From an uncultured Solibacteraceae bacterium (GTDB taxonomy: Bacteria > Acidobacteriota > Vicinamibacteria > Vicinamibacterales > SCN-69-37), in the NCBI GenBank assembly GCA_964471115.1, contig CAYYFE010000002.1, positions 136,388-200,387 of the forward strand: a stretch of DNA of 64,000 bases. Reading direction: 5' to 3'. Positions within the stretch are counted from its first letter, which is position 1, and every line of letters starts with the position of its first letter. The notes under the pieces were generated by a model, which was given only the letters and a program-made list of their open reading frames with translations, ran no database searches and was not told where the DNA came from. The translations under genes and the position numbers were made by a program. This document shows, one piece after another, positions 41,675 through 50,493 of the stretch.

Positions 41675-43540
41675 ATGAAGGTACGAAGCTGGTTACTGGC
41701 GGCTGCCGGTGTGGCGTTGGTGGGAGTGCTCGTGGGGGCGCCCGCCTGCGGCGGGGGCGAGGGAGGTGGCACGGACAGCCTGGCGGAGCGCAGCTTCGTG
41801 CCGCCCGGCAGCCTGGATGAGTACTACCTGTTTTATTCGGGTGGGCACTCGGGCCAGGTGTATGTCGCCGGACTGCCGTCCATGCGGCACATCGCGACGA
41901 TTCCCGTGTTTGCGCCGTATCCGGCCACGGGGTACGGCTTCGACGAGGAATCGCGGGCGATGCTCGGCGACTACCGGTGGGGCGACGTGCACCATCCGGC
42001 CCTGTCGCAGACCGACGGCAAGTATGACGGCCGCTGGCTGTTCGTCAATGACAACGCCAACAGCCGCGTGGCGCGCGTCGACCTGCGCGACTTCAAGACC
42101 AAGCAGATCTTCGGTCCCATCCCGAACTCGAGCGGCACCCACGGGTCGTCGTTCGTGACCGAGAACTCCGAGTACGTGCTGGTGGCCACGCGGTTCTCCG
42201 TGCCGCTGCCCAAGGGCCGGTACGCGCCGCCCGCCAGCTACGAACAGGAATTCTCGGGCATGGTCAGCGGCCTGCAGGTGGACCAGGCCACCGGCACGTT
42301 GTCGACGGGCTGGCAGATCAAGACGCCGCCGTTCAACTGGGACCTGGGATCCACCGGCAAGGGGCCCAGCTCGGGCTGGGCGTTCTGGACGTCCTACAAC
42401 ACCGAAATGGCGCACACGCAGCTGGAAGCGACGTCCACGCAGCTGGACCGCGACCTGGCGGCGTTCGTCAACTGGAAGGCGGCGGCGCAGGCCGTCGCCG
42501 ACGGCAAGATCTCGATGGTGGGCGGCGTGCCGATGATCGATCCGGCCGTGACGCCCGGCATCCTGTATTTCGTGCCGGTGCAGAAGTCGCCGCACGGCAT
42601 CGACACCGACCCGAGCGGCCGCTGGGTGATCACGGGCGGCAAGCTGGCGCCGATCGCCACGGTCTTCGACTTCGAGAAGGTGCTGGCGGCCATCGAACGC
42701 CGCGACTTCGAAGGCGAGATGCGGGGCGTCCCGATCATCCGGTACGAGTCGATCGTCGAAGGCGAAGTGCCCGTCGGCCTGGGCCCGCTGCACACGCAGT
42801 TTGACGGCAAGGGCAACGCGTACACGTCGCTCTTCATCGAGTCGGTCGTGACCAAGTTCCGCCTGCCGCCGTGGTCGGCCGAAGATCGCGCGGACCTGAA
42901 CCGCGTCGTCCTGCAGAAGATTCCGGTGCATCTGAGCATCGGGCACCTCGTGGTCGGCGGCAGCGACACGAAGGAGCCGTACGGCAAGTACCTGGTGGCG
43001 ATGAACAAGCTGTCGAAGGGGCGGCACGTCAATGTGGGGCCCTCACAGCCGGAGTCGAGTCAGCTGATCGACATTTCAGGCGAGAACATGGTGATGCTGG
43101 CCGAGGCGTTCACCGAACCGGAGCCACACTTCGCGCAGATTCTGAAGGTGGATGCGATCCAGCCGATCGAGGTCTACCCGAAGGAAGAGAACAAGCACCC
43201 GCACGCCGTGTGGAGCGAGGCGGAGACCAGCATCGTGCGCAACGGCAACAAGGTCGAGGTCAAGATGGTGGCCATCCGGTCGCGATTCCTGCCCGACATC
43301 ATCGACGTGCGGCAGGGGGATGAAGTCACGATTCACGTGACCAACGTGGAGCAGACCACCGACATGCTGCACGGGCTCGGGATCGTCGAGCACGATGTGA
43401 ACGTCGTGATCGACCCCGGCGAGACCAAGACCGTGAAGTTCGTCGCCAACAAGACCGGGGTGTTCCCGTTCTACTGCACGAACTTCTGCTCGGCCCTGCA
43501 CCAGGAGATGCAGGGATACCTGGGCGTTCGCCCGCGTTAA
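41675..43540 (+). CDS. nosZ: Nitrous-oxide reductase, Sec-dependent (clade II-type)
   Basis: 621 aa. The N-terminal signal has no twin-arginine (MKVRSWLLAAAGVALVGVLVG). Propeller His motifs are present (GDVHHPALSQTDGKYDGRWLFVNDNANSRVARVDL). The C-terminal CuA motif is FYCTNFCSALHQEMQGYLGV. Confidence 0.95.
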   Translation: MKVRSWLLAAAGVALVGVLVGAPACGGGEGGGTDSLAERSFVPPGSLDEYYLFYSGGHSGQVYVAGLPSMRHIATIPVFAPYPATGYGFDEESRAMLGDYRWGDVHHPALSQTDGKYDGRWLFVNDNANSRVARVDLRDFKTKQIFGPIPNSSGTHGSSFVTENSEYVLVATRFSVPLPKGRYAPPASYEQEFSGMVSGLQVDQATGTLSTGWQIKTPPFNWDLGSTGKGPSSGWAFWTSYNTEMAHTQLEATSTQLDRDLAAFVNWKAAAQAVADGKISMVGGVPMIDPAVTPGILYFVPVQKSPHGIDTDPSGRWVITGGKLAPIATVFDFEKVLAAIERRDFEGEMRGVPIIRYESIVEGEVPVGLGPLHTQFDGKGNAYTSLFIESVVTKFRLPPWSAEDRADLNRVVLQKIPVHLSIGHLVVGGSDTKEPYGKYLVAMNKLSKGRHVNVGPSQPESSQLIDISGENMVMLAEAFTEPEPHFAQILKVDAIQPIEVYPKEENKHPHAVWSEAETSIVRNGNKVEVKMVAIRSRFLPDIIDVRQGDEVTIHVTNVEQTTDMLHGLGIVEHDVNVVIDPGETKTVKFVANKTGVFPFYCTNFCSALHQEMQGYLGVRPR

Positions 43541-43566
43541 GAGCCATCTTCAAAGGAGCCAGTCCC

Positions 43567-44184
43567 ATGACCCGTCTGGTGAGATTTCACGCGTGGCTGG
43601 ATCGGCCGGTGTCGGCGTCCGCACGTGTCGTGTTGCTCGCCGGCGTGGCCGTGCTGCTGGCCGGGGCCCTCCTGCCGCTGTGGCGCATCCATCTGGTGGC
43701 GCCGCAGTATCAGGAGGGCCTGACGATCGACATGTATGCCTACAAGATCGTCGGCGGCAACAACGGACAGGACCTGGCCGAGATCAACACCCTCAATCAC
43801 TACATCGGCATGCAGGCCATCGAGCCGTCCGACTTCGTCGAGATGAAGTGGATCCCGTTCGCCATCGGCGTGTTCGTGCTGATGACCATGCGCGCCGTGG
43901 TGATGGGACACATGCGCAGCCTGGTGGACCTGGCGGTGATGTTCGCGTATTTCGGCGCGTTTTCGATGGCCAGCTTTGCCTACCGGCTCTACACGTACGG
44001 CCACCACCTGGATCCCAGGGCGCCGATGGCCGTCGAGCCGTTCATGCCCGTGGTCGTTGGCCGGCAGCAGATCGCGAACTTCGTGCAGACCAGCCTGCCG
44101 CTGGCCGGGTCGGCGTGTATGGCGGTGTTTCTGCTGTCGGTGCTCGGCGCGATGTGGATGTCGCGGCGCGAGGTGCGGGGATGA
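43567..44184 (+). CDS. NosB-like integral membrane protein
   Basis: 205 aa with a TM helix at the N-terminus and 3 near the C-terminus. Its position between nosZ and nosD matches the nosB slot of clade II clusters. This is a context-based call. Confidence 0.55.
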   Translation: MTRLVRFHAWLDRPVSASARVVLLAGVAVLLAGALLPLWRIHLVAPQYQEGLTIDMYAYKIVGGNNGQDLAEINTLNHYIGMQAIEPSDFVEMKWIPFAIGVFVLMTMRAVVMGHMRSLVDLAVMFAYFGAFSMASFAYRLYTYGHHLDPRAPMAVEPFMPVVVGRQQIANFVQTSLPLAGSACMAVFLLSVLGAMWMSRREVRG

Positions 44185-45548
44185 CCCGCGGACGCGTGAT
44201 TCGGGTGGCCGCGGCCGTCCTCACCGTCGTGACGCTCCTGCGTCTGGCCGTGACCGCCGGCGTGGATGCGTCCACCGCCGTGGAGCTGACCGCGCCCGAA
44301 CCGGCCTCGTTGCCCGAGGGGGACGCCGCGTGGCTGCGGGCGCAGCTGGCCGCCGGTCCCGACGGCGTGGTCATCGACGTGCCCCCGGGCGTGTATCAGG
44401 GACCGTTTCTCGTCGAACGGCCGCTGACACTGCGTGGCGGCGGCGCGGTCGTGTTGCGCGGCGACGGCACCACCCATGTGGTGAAGGTGACGGCGCCGGA
44501 CGTGACCCTCGACGGATTTCACATCCGCGGGTCGGGCATGAACCTGAGCCGCGATCACGCGGCGGTGCACGTGTCGGCGCCCCGCGCGGTCATCCGGCAC
44601 AACGTGGTGACCGACAGCCTGCACGGGATCTACATTCGCGGCGGCCAAGGGGCCAGGATTGAGGACAACACCATCGTGGGCCGCACCACGACGTTCGAGA
44701 TGGTGAATCCCGACACGCTGGAGCCGGATCCCGCCGGGGGCGAGATGTGTGAGGTCTCCCTCAACGAAAGCCGCCGGGGCAACGGCATTCACATCTGGAA
44801 CTCCACCGGACACGTCATCGAGCGCAATCACATCCGCCAGACGCGCGACGGCATCTATTTTTCGTTCGTCAAGAACAGCGACATCCGCGGCAACCGGATC
44901 AGCCGCGTCCGGTACGGCCTGCACTACATGTACTCGGACGGCAACCGCTTCGAAGACAACATCTTCACCGAGAGCGGCGCCGGCGCGGCGCTGATGTTCT
45001 CCAAGGAACTGGCCCTGCGCCGGAACCGGTTCGAGGCCAACCGGAACCAGCGGGCGTACGGCCTGCTGCTGCAGTCCATCGATCGGTCGACGGTCGCCGG
45101 CAACTCCATCTCGGGCAACAGCATCGGGCTGTTCCTGGAGGGCGGGTCGACCAACCGGGTGGAGGACAACCGCATCGCCCGGAACCACGTCGGCATCCGC
45201 GTCAGCGACAGCTCCGATCACAACGTGTTTGCCGGCAACGCGTTCGTCGGCAACCTGCACACCGTGGAAACCGATCGCGCCAACCGCATGAGCCGGTGGA
45301 CCGACAGCGGCCGCGGCAACTACTGGGATGGCGCGCTGAAACTCGACCTCGATCGCAACGGCATCGCCGACCTGCCGCATCGCGAGCTCGACCTGTTCGG
45401 CGCCCAGCGACGTGACGTGCCGATGATTGGCCTGCTGATGGGCAGTCCCGGCGACATGTTGCTGCGTTTCGTCCATGCGCGATCCGGACTCACGCGCCTG
45501 CCCGGCGTGACCGATGCGTCGCCGCTTGTCTCACCGGAGGTCCGATGA
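44181..45548 (+). CDS. nosD: NosD, periplasmic parallel beta-helix maturation protein
   Basis: ATG 44181 overlaps the preceding stop. Beta-helix units repeat (NGIHIWNSTGHVIERNHI, RDGIYFSFVKNSDIRGNRI, YGLHYMYSDGNRFEDNIF, GAALMFSKELALRRNRF, NSIGLFLEG). The track ORF from 43593 is over-extended. Confidence 0.9.
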   Translation: MTRGRVIRVAAAVLTVVTLLRLAVTAGVDASTAVELTAPEPASLPEGDAAWLRAQLAAGPDGVVIDVPPGVYQGPFLVERPLTLRGGGAVVLRGDGTTHVVKVTAPDVTLDGFHIRGSGMNLSRDHAAVHVSAPRAVIRHNVVTDSLHGIYIRGGQGARIEDNTIVGRTTTFEMVNPDTLEPDPAGGEMCEVSLNESRRGNGIHIWNSTGHVIERNHIRQTRDGIYFSFVKNSDIRGNRISRVRYGLHYMYSDGNRFEDNIFTESGAGAALMFSKELALRRNRFEANRNQRAYGLLLQSIDRSTVAGNSISGNSIGLFLEGGSTNRVEDNRIARNHVGIRVSDSSDHNVFAGNAFVGNLHTVETDRANRMSRWTDSGRGNYWDGALKLDLDRNGIADLPHRELDLFGAQRRDVPMIGLLMGSPGDMLLRFVHARSGLTRLPGVTDASPLVSPEVR

Positions 45549-46258
45549 TCGCCGCACGCGCCATCACGAAGTCGTATGGGAACCGCACGGTCCTGGCCGA
45601 TCTGGAGTTCGAGGCCCGTCGCGGCGAGGTCACGCTGCTGGTCGGCGCGAACGGGTCAGGCAAGTCCACGACCTTGCGGGTCATCGCCGGTCTCAGCGCG
45701 GCGGACGCCGGTCAGGTGGTCATCGATGGGCAGGCCTGTGACGCCCGCCGCACGGGCGCCAGGGGCGCCGTGACGTTTCTGCCGCAGTCGCCGCGGTTCC
45801 ATCCGCGCCTGACCATCGCCCAGGTCCTCGCGTTTTATGCCGGACTGCGCGGGTTCGGCGCCGCCGACATCGAGCGCGTGACCAGCCAGTGGGCGCTGGC
45901 CGATCGTCTGGCCACGCCGACGGCCGCGCTCTCGGGCGGCACACGTCAGCGTCTGGCGCTGGCGATCTTCAGCCTGCCTCAGGCGCCCGTGCTGACCCTG
46001 GATGAACCCGGCCTGAGTCTGGATCCGGATTGGCGGCGGTTCCTCCAGGACGAACTGCGCGCCGCCGCGGCCGCCGGGCACAGCGTGCTCGTGGCCACGC
46101 ACCTGCTGGGGGAGTGGGAGGGCCGCGCCGACCGGTGCCTGGTGCTCGAACACGGCCGGGTCACGCGCGAACTGGCGCCCGATCGGCTGCGTCAGGCCTT
46201 CCCGTTTGCCGTGACACACGCCGCGCCGGCGCCGGCGCCGGCCAGAATGGGGGCCTGA
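45545..46258 (+). CDS. nosF: NosF, ABC transporter ATP-binding protein
   Basis: Walker A is GANGSGKST, the signature is LSGGTRQRLALA and Walker B is VLTLDEP. The start overlaps the nosD stop. Confidence 0.9.
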   Translation: MIAARAITKSYGNRTVLADLEFEARRGEVTLLVGANGSGKSTTLRVIAGLSAADAGQVVIDGQACDARRTGARGAVTFLPQSPRFHPRLTIAQVLAFYAGLRGFGAADIERVTSQWALADRLATPTAALSGGTRQRLALAIFSLPQAPVLTLDEPGLSLDPDWRRFLQDELRAAAAAGHSVLVATHLLGEWEGRADRCLVLEHGRVTRELAPDRLRQAFPFAVTHAAPAPAPARMGA

Positions 46259-46259
46259 C

Positions 46260-47045
46260 ATGTGGAGACACGCCGTTGCAGCCGCGTGGAGGCGTGAACT
46301 CGCCTCACACCAGGTGAATCGATTCCTGCAGGCGCATCTGACGCTGGCGGTGGTGGCCGGTCTGCTGCCGCTGATGACGATGGGCAGCGAACTCACGGCC
46401 GCGCCCTGGTGGTTACTGCAGGCCGTGTTGTACGGGCTGTCCTTGTCGGCGCTGCTGCTCGGCCTGAGCTCCGCGCATGGTGAAGCCGATGAACTCGGGC
46501 TGATCTTCGCGCAGCCGATTCCGCGCGCCGCCTGGCTGGCCGGCAAGGCGCTCGGGCTGGCCGCCGTGTTGATTCCCGCCGCGTGCCTGCTGGTGCTGCC
46601 GGTCGTCCTGCGGCATGGGCTGACGTGGTCGCTGGCCGCCGTCGCGGCGGCTGCCGCCGGCGTCACGCTCGTGATGGCGTTGCTGGGCCTCGCGCTCGGC
46701 TGCCGCGTACGCGACGGGGTGCGAGGGTTGATCGCGGGCATGGGCGCCTGGCTCGTGTTGCTGGCCGGCATCGACCTGGTCGCCATTGCGCTGGCCGCCA
46801 CGCCGGTCGGCCCCAACGCCCCCGACCTCATCGTCGCGCTGATGATGGTCAATCCCCTCGACGCGTTGCGCGTCGGGTACCTGTTCGCGCTCGAGCAGGC
46901 CGCGCCCGCGGGACTCGACACGGGCGGTCTGTCGGCGTGGTGGGTGGCCAACAGCGTGTTGTGGCTCGCCGTCGTGCTGGCGATCTGGTGCGCCGGCGCC
47001 TTTGCGACGGGACTGGCCAGTCTGAAGCGATCGATCGACGCCTGA
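46260..47045 (+). CDS. nosY: NosY, ABC-2-type permease
   Basis: 261 aa with six hydrophobic helices, immediately after nosF. Confidence 0.85.
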   Translation: MWRHAVAAAWRRELASHQVNRFLQAHLTLAVVAGLLPLMTMGSELTAAPWWLLQAVLYGLSLSALLLGLSSAHGEADELGLIFAQPIPRAAWLAGKALGLAAVLIPAACLLVLPVVLRHGLTWSLAAVAAAAAGVTLVMALLGLALGCRVRDGVRGLIAGMGAWLVLLAGIDLVAIALAATPVGPNAPDLIVALMMVNPLDALRVGYLFALEQAAPAGLDTGGLSAWWVANSVLWLAVVLAIWCAGAFATGLASLKRSIDA

Positions 47046-47225
47046 GGCACGTAGCGCGGCCGGACCTGCTCGGCCGCGGTCACGGCGGCCCGGCAGATCG
47101 GGCCGCCCTACGTATCCCGGCGACAGTGCGGAGTGCGAAGTGCGGAGTGCGGAGTGCGAAGTGCGGAGTGCGAGGTGCGGAGTGCGGAGTGCGGCCGGAT
47201 CTGGCGGCCGCGGTCGAGCGCGCGG
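47046..47225 (+). repeat. Composite REP region: GC hairpins, 10 AGTGCGG-family heptamers (47125-47194) and a further GC hairpin
   Basis: The region reads GTAGCGCGGCCGGACCTGCTCGGCCGCGG, then GGCGGCCCG-gcagat-CGGGCCGCC, then the heptamer array, then GCGGCCGGATCTGGCGGCCGC. It lies between convergent genes. Confidence 0.9.
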
Positions 47226-47245
47226 GGGCTGGCGAGGTGCTGACG

Positions 47246-48220
47246 TCAGCGCGCGCGGCGCGGTCCGGCCGGCAGGGTGACCGTGGCCACGGTGCCGCCG
47301 GTGTCGGGAAAGGTGAACGACACGCTTCCCTCAAGTGCCGCCAGCAGGCGGCGGGCGGTCGCCAGGCCCAGTCCCGGCCCGTCGGCTTTCGACGTGAAGA
47401 ACGGATCGCCGAGACGCGCGCGGTCGGCGGGCGGGATGCCCGCGCCGTTGTCCGCCACGCGCAGCTGCCAGAACTCGCCCTCGCGTTGTGCCGACAGGAC
47501 GACCCGCGTGGCCCGGGTGGACGGATGGACGGCATTCCGCAGCAGCGCGGACAACACGGTCGCGACGTGGGCCGGGTCGGTGCGGACCTCGCCGTGGACC
47601 GGGATGACCTCCACGGCGATGGCGGCGGATCGCGCGTCGGTCGCGACCGCGGTCCGGGCATCGGCCAGCAGGTCCGTGACCGCCACGGTGGACAGCGTCA
47701 CGTCCACCGGCCGGACGTAACTCAGCAGGGATTCGACGATGCCGGCGAGCCGGTCCAGCCTCGCGATCATCGTCGTCACGACCGCGCCACGGGCATCGCC
47801 GGCAAGCCGGATGTCGAGGACCTGCAGCGCGGCGCGAATGCCGGCCAGCGGGTTGCGCAGTTCGTGCGCCATCACGGCCGTCATCCGGCCCAGTTCGGCG
47901 TCGGCCTCCTGGCGGCGCAGCGCGGCCTGCAGGCGTCGGTGCCGCGTCACGCCGGCCGCGGTAATCCAGACGGCCACCAGCGCCAGACCACGGTTGAACA
48001 GGCCGATTTCGGCGTTGGCCCCGCCGTGAATGATTGGCGCTTCAACGATGGTGAGGACGGTGGCCACCGAGGCGACCAGCGCCGCATAGTCACGGGGGCC
48101 GACGCGCAGCGTGGCGACGACCAGCGGGATGTAGAGCAGCGGAACCGCATACCCGACCGGAAACGGCAGGTCGAGGGCAAACACGCCGGCTGCGAGCAGC
48201 CAGATCCGCCCAAGCGTCAT
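47246..48220 (-). CDS. Membrane sensor histidine kinase (HisKA)
   Basis: 324 aa with 4 N-terminal TM helices. The H-box is MAHELRNPLAGI and the ATPase boxes are LLRNAVH, ADNGAGIP and GPGLGLATARR. No response regulator is adjacent. Confidence 0.8.
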   Translation of the reverse strand: MTLGRIWLLAAGVFALDLPFPVGYAVPLLYIPLVVATLRVGPRDYAALVASVATVLTIVEAPIIHGGANAEIGLFNRGLALVAVWITAAGVTRHRRLQAALRRQEADAELGRMTAVMAHELRNPLAGIRAALQVLDIRLAGDARGAVVTTMIARLDRLAGIVESLLSYVRPVDVTLSTVAVTDLLADARTAVATDARSAAIAVEVIPVHGEVRTDPAHVATVLSALLRNAVHPSTRATRVVLSAQREGEFWQLRVADNGAGIPPADRARLGDPFFTSKADGPGLGLATARRLLAALEGSVSFTFPDTGGTVATVTLPAGPRRAR

Positions 48221-48298
48221 TCTGCGTGAAGGGTACCACCACCACGCGCATGATGGTGGTCATATGATGGAGAGCAGCCGACTGCTAGGGTCGAACCG

Positions 48299-49546
48299 AT
48301 GGTCGACATCCAGGCGCTTCGCGCCTCCCCCGCGCTCCTCAAGCTGGATCTCTATTGTCGCGGGGCGCGCCTCGACGAGTCGTGCCTGGTGGAAGAAGAC
48401 GGCGGCCGCGGCCTGCGCCGGACGCGCGCCGGTCTGGGCAGCGGGTTGGAACTGATCCTGCCCGGCGGCTTGTGGACGAACGTGCCGGTGGTGGAGTCGT
48501 TCGCCGCCGCGTCGCCCTACACGATCGCGCGCGCCAAAGGGCGGTATCTGCTGACCTATCGAGGCGAGTTGATTGACGCCGTGACGTTGTCCCCGCGGCC
48601 CGGCTGGTACGAACGGCGGACGACGGCGGGCACGGTGATGTCGCGCGTGGGCACGCTGCAGGGCACCTACCTGGGCGTGTACCCGGCGCGCGTCTGCGAT
48701 TTCTGGACCGAGAAGCCCGACCGCGTCAACTGTGGCTTCTGCTCCGTCGGCCTCAATCTCGGTGTTGATGAAGCGACGGAGAAGTCGGTGGCCGACGTCC
48801 TCGACGTGGTGGCGGCCGCCCGCGCGGAGTCGTCGATCACATACGTGGATTTCAACACGGGCCACTACGACGGCGACACCTATCTGGACATCCTCGAGCC
48901 GTACGTGCGGGCCGTGAAGTCGCGGTTTGGTCTGCTGGTGGGTGTGCAGACGCCGCCGCACCACGACCTGTCGCGCTACGACGCGCTGCGCGCGATGGGC
49001 GTCAACCGCGTGTCGTTCTGTTTCGAGGTGTGGGATCGGCAGCGGTTCGTGGAGGTGTGTCCCGGAAAGGCCCGCACCTACGGGCTCGATCGCTACCTCG
49101 ACGCCATCCGCTACTGTGCGTCCCTCGCGTCGCGGGGGCCGAAGACCGAGCCGTGGGTGACCAACGGCGAGATTATCGCGGGCCTTGAACCGCCCGACTC
49201 GTCGATTGCCGCCATCAACTGGATGACGTCGGTCGGGGCGATTCCGACCGTGTGTGTGTTCCGCCCGCTGCGCGGCACGGACTACGCGCACCTGCCGCCG
49301 CCCGACACCGAGGCGCTGGTGCCCGTGTTCCGGCGCCTCTACGAGGCATGCATGGAACAGGGGCTGCCCATCGGCTGCGCGCCCAACGTCCATGTCTCGC
49401 TGGTGCTCCTGCCTGAGGAGTGCGCCAGCCTGTCGACCCGCCGGTTCAGGGCCACCCGCCTGAAACTGGCCGTCCAGAAGCGCGTGTTCGCCGCGGTCTT
49501 CGACCGGCGCCTCCAGCGGCTGGCGTCCGATCAACGCGCCCACTGA
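48299..49546 (+). CDS. Radical-SAM-like protein with a non-canonical Cys motif (C-x11-C-x2-C)
   Basis: 415 aa. The Cys motif is VCDFWTEKPDRVNCGFCSVG. Later elements resemble radical-SAM TIM-barrel features (VSFCFEVWD, NGEIIAGL). Family assignment is tentative. Confidence 0.55.
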   Translation: MVDIQALRASPALLKLDLYCRGARLDESCLVEEDGGRGLRRTRAGLGSGLELILPGGLWTNVPVVESFAAASPYTIARAKGRYLLTYRGELIDAVTLSPRPGWYERRTTAGTVMSRVGTLQGTYLGVYPARVCDFWTEKPDRVNCGFCSVGLNLGVDEATEKSVADVLDVVAAARAESSITYVDFNTGHYDGDTYLDILEPYVRAVKSRFGLLVGVQTPPHHDLSRYDALRAMGVNRVSFCFEVWDRQRFVEVCPGKARTYGLDRYLDAIRYCASLASRGPKTEPWVTNGEIIAGLEPPDSSIAAINWMTSVGAIPTVCVFRPLRGTDYAHLPPPDTEALVPVFRRLYEACMEQGLPIGCAPNVHVSLVLLPEECASLSTRRFRATRLKLAVQKRVFAAVFDRRLQRLASDQRAH

Positions 49547-49597
49547 TCGTTGCGCTCGCGCAAAGACGCCGCCGCCGGTCCCGGCTATCGTCAACCC

Positions 49598-49798
49598 ATG
49601 CCCATCGTCCCCGAGTCGGCGAAGCAGCGGTCCTGGCCGGCGCGTCCGGCCTTTCCCGAGCGCGTCTGCTGGGGGTGTGACCAGTACTGCCCGGCCGACG
49701 ACCTGCGATGTGGCAATGAGGTGACGCGCGCCATGCACCCGATCGAGTTGTTCGGGCCCGAATGGTGCGCCCTTCCCGAAGGACAGGCGCATGACTGA
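49598..49798 (+). CDS. Small Cys-rich protein (DUF3079-like)
   Basis: 66 aa from ATG 49598: MPIVPESAKQRSWPARPAFPERVCWGCDQYCPADDLRCGNEVTRAMHPIELFGPEWC. The CWGCD-YC...CGN motif matches my recollection of DUF3079. The 3' end overlaps the ric start. Confidence 0.5.
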   Translation: MPIVPESAKQRSWPARPAFPERVCWGCDQYCPADDLRCGNEVTRAMHPIELFGPEWCALPEGQAHD

Positions 49799-50492
49799 AG
49801 TGACTCCGCAAACCCACGTGTCCGACGTCGCCGCCGCCGCACCGGCGACGATCAAGGTGTTCCAGCAGTACGGCATCGACTTCTGTTGCGGGGGCCATCG
49901 GCCCATCGCCGAGGCGGCCAGTGAACATCAGGTGGATGTGCACCGCCTGATGGCGGACCTGGCGCGTTCGTTGGACGCGCCGGCCGGCGAACGCGACTGG
50001 CGCGGCGCGCCGATGGCCGATCTGGTCGACTACATCCAGGCACGGTTCCACCGGCCGCTCCGCGAGGAACTGCCGCGGCTGTCGGCGATGGTGGACAAGG
50101 TGGTGAGCCGCCATGGCGACCGCTACCCGGACATGCTGCTGCCGCTGCAGCGCGAATTCCGCGGTCTGATGTCCGAACTGATCGACCACATGGCCAAGGA
50201 AGATCAGGTGCTGTTTCCGGCCATCGTCGCGGTGGAACGCGGCGGTGCGTCGTCACCGGCGGCCGGGTTCATCGAGGGCCCCGTGGGCGCGATGGAACAC
50301 GAACACGAGCAGGCCGGCGCGGCGCTGGCCGCGATGCGCACGATCACCGGCAACTACACCTGCCCGCCGGGCGCCTGCCCGACCTTTCAGGGCTTGTTCT
50401 GGGGCCTCGACCAGCTCGAGCGTGAGATGCACGTGCACATCCACCTCGAGAACAACATCCTGTTTCCGCGCGCCCTGGCGGCGACGGTGTAG
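49791..50492 (+). CDS. ytfE: Iron-sulfur cluster repair di-iron protein (RIC/YtfE/ScdA family)
   Basis: The N-terminal ScdA_N motif is FQQYGIDFCCGG. Hemerythrin-like His/Glu motifs follow (MAKEDQVLFP, MEHEHEQAG, HIHLENNILFP). Confidence 0.9.
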   Translation: MTEVTPQTHVSDVAAAAPATIKVFQQYGIDFCCGGHRPIAEAASEHQVDVHRLMADLARSLDAPAGERDWRGAPMADLVDYIQARFHRPLREELPRLSAMVDKVVSRHGDRYPDMLLPLQREFRGLMSELIDHMAKEDQVLFPAIVAVERGGASSPAAGFIEGPVGAMEHEHEQAGAALAAMRTITGNYTCPPGACPTFQGLFWGLDQLEREMHVHIHLENNILFPRALAATV

Positions 50493-50493
50493 A

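Noticed and set aside
41675-41760. Tat (twin-arginine) signal on NosZ, which would indicate clade I
   Set aside because: The N-terminus MKVRSWLLAAAGVALVG has no RR motif, so I called it Sec-type.
41693-43027. 444-aa minus-strand ORF
   Set aside because: It is antisense to nosZ, whose identity is unambiguous. It is a shadow ORF.
46583-49906. Two 548-aa ORFs (46583..48229 + and 48260..49906 -)
   Set aside because: They overlap nosY, the histidine kinase and the radical-SAM-like gene on the opposite strand or in another frame. Their sequences are Arg/Gly/Ala-rich junk.
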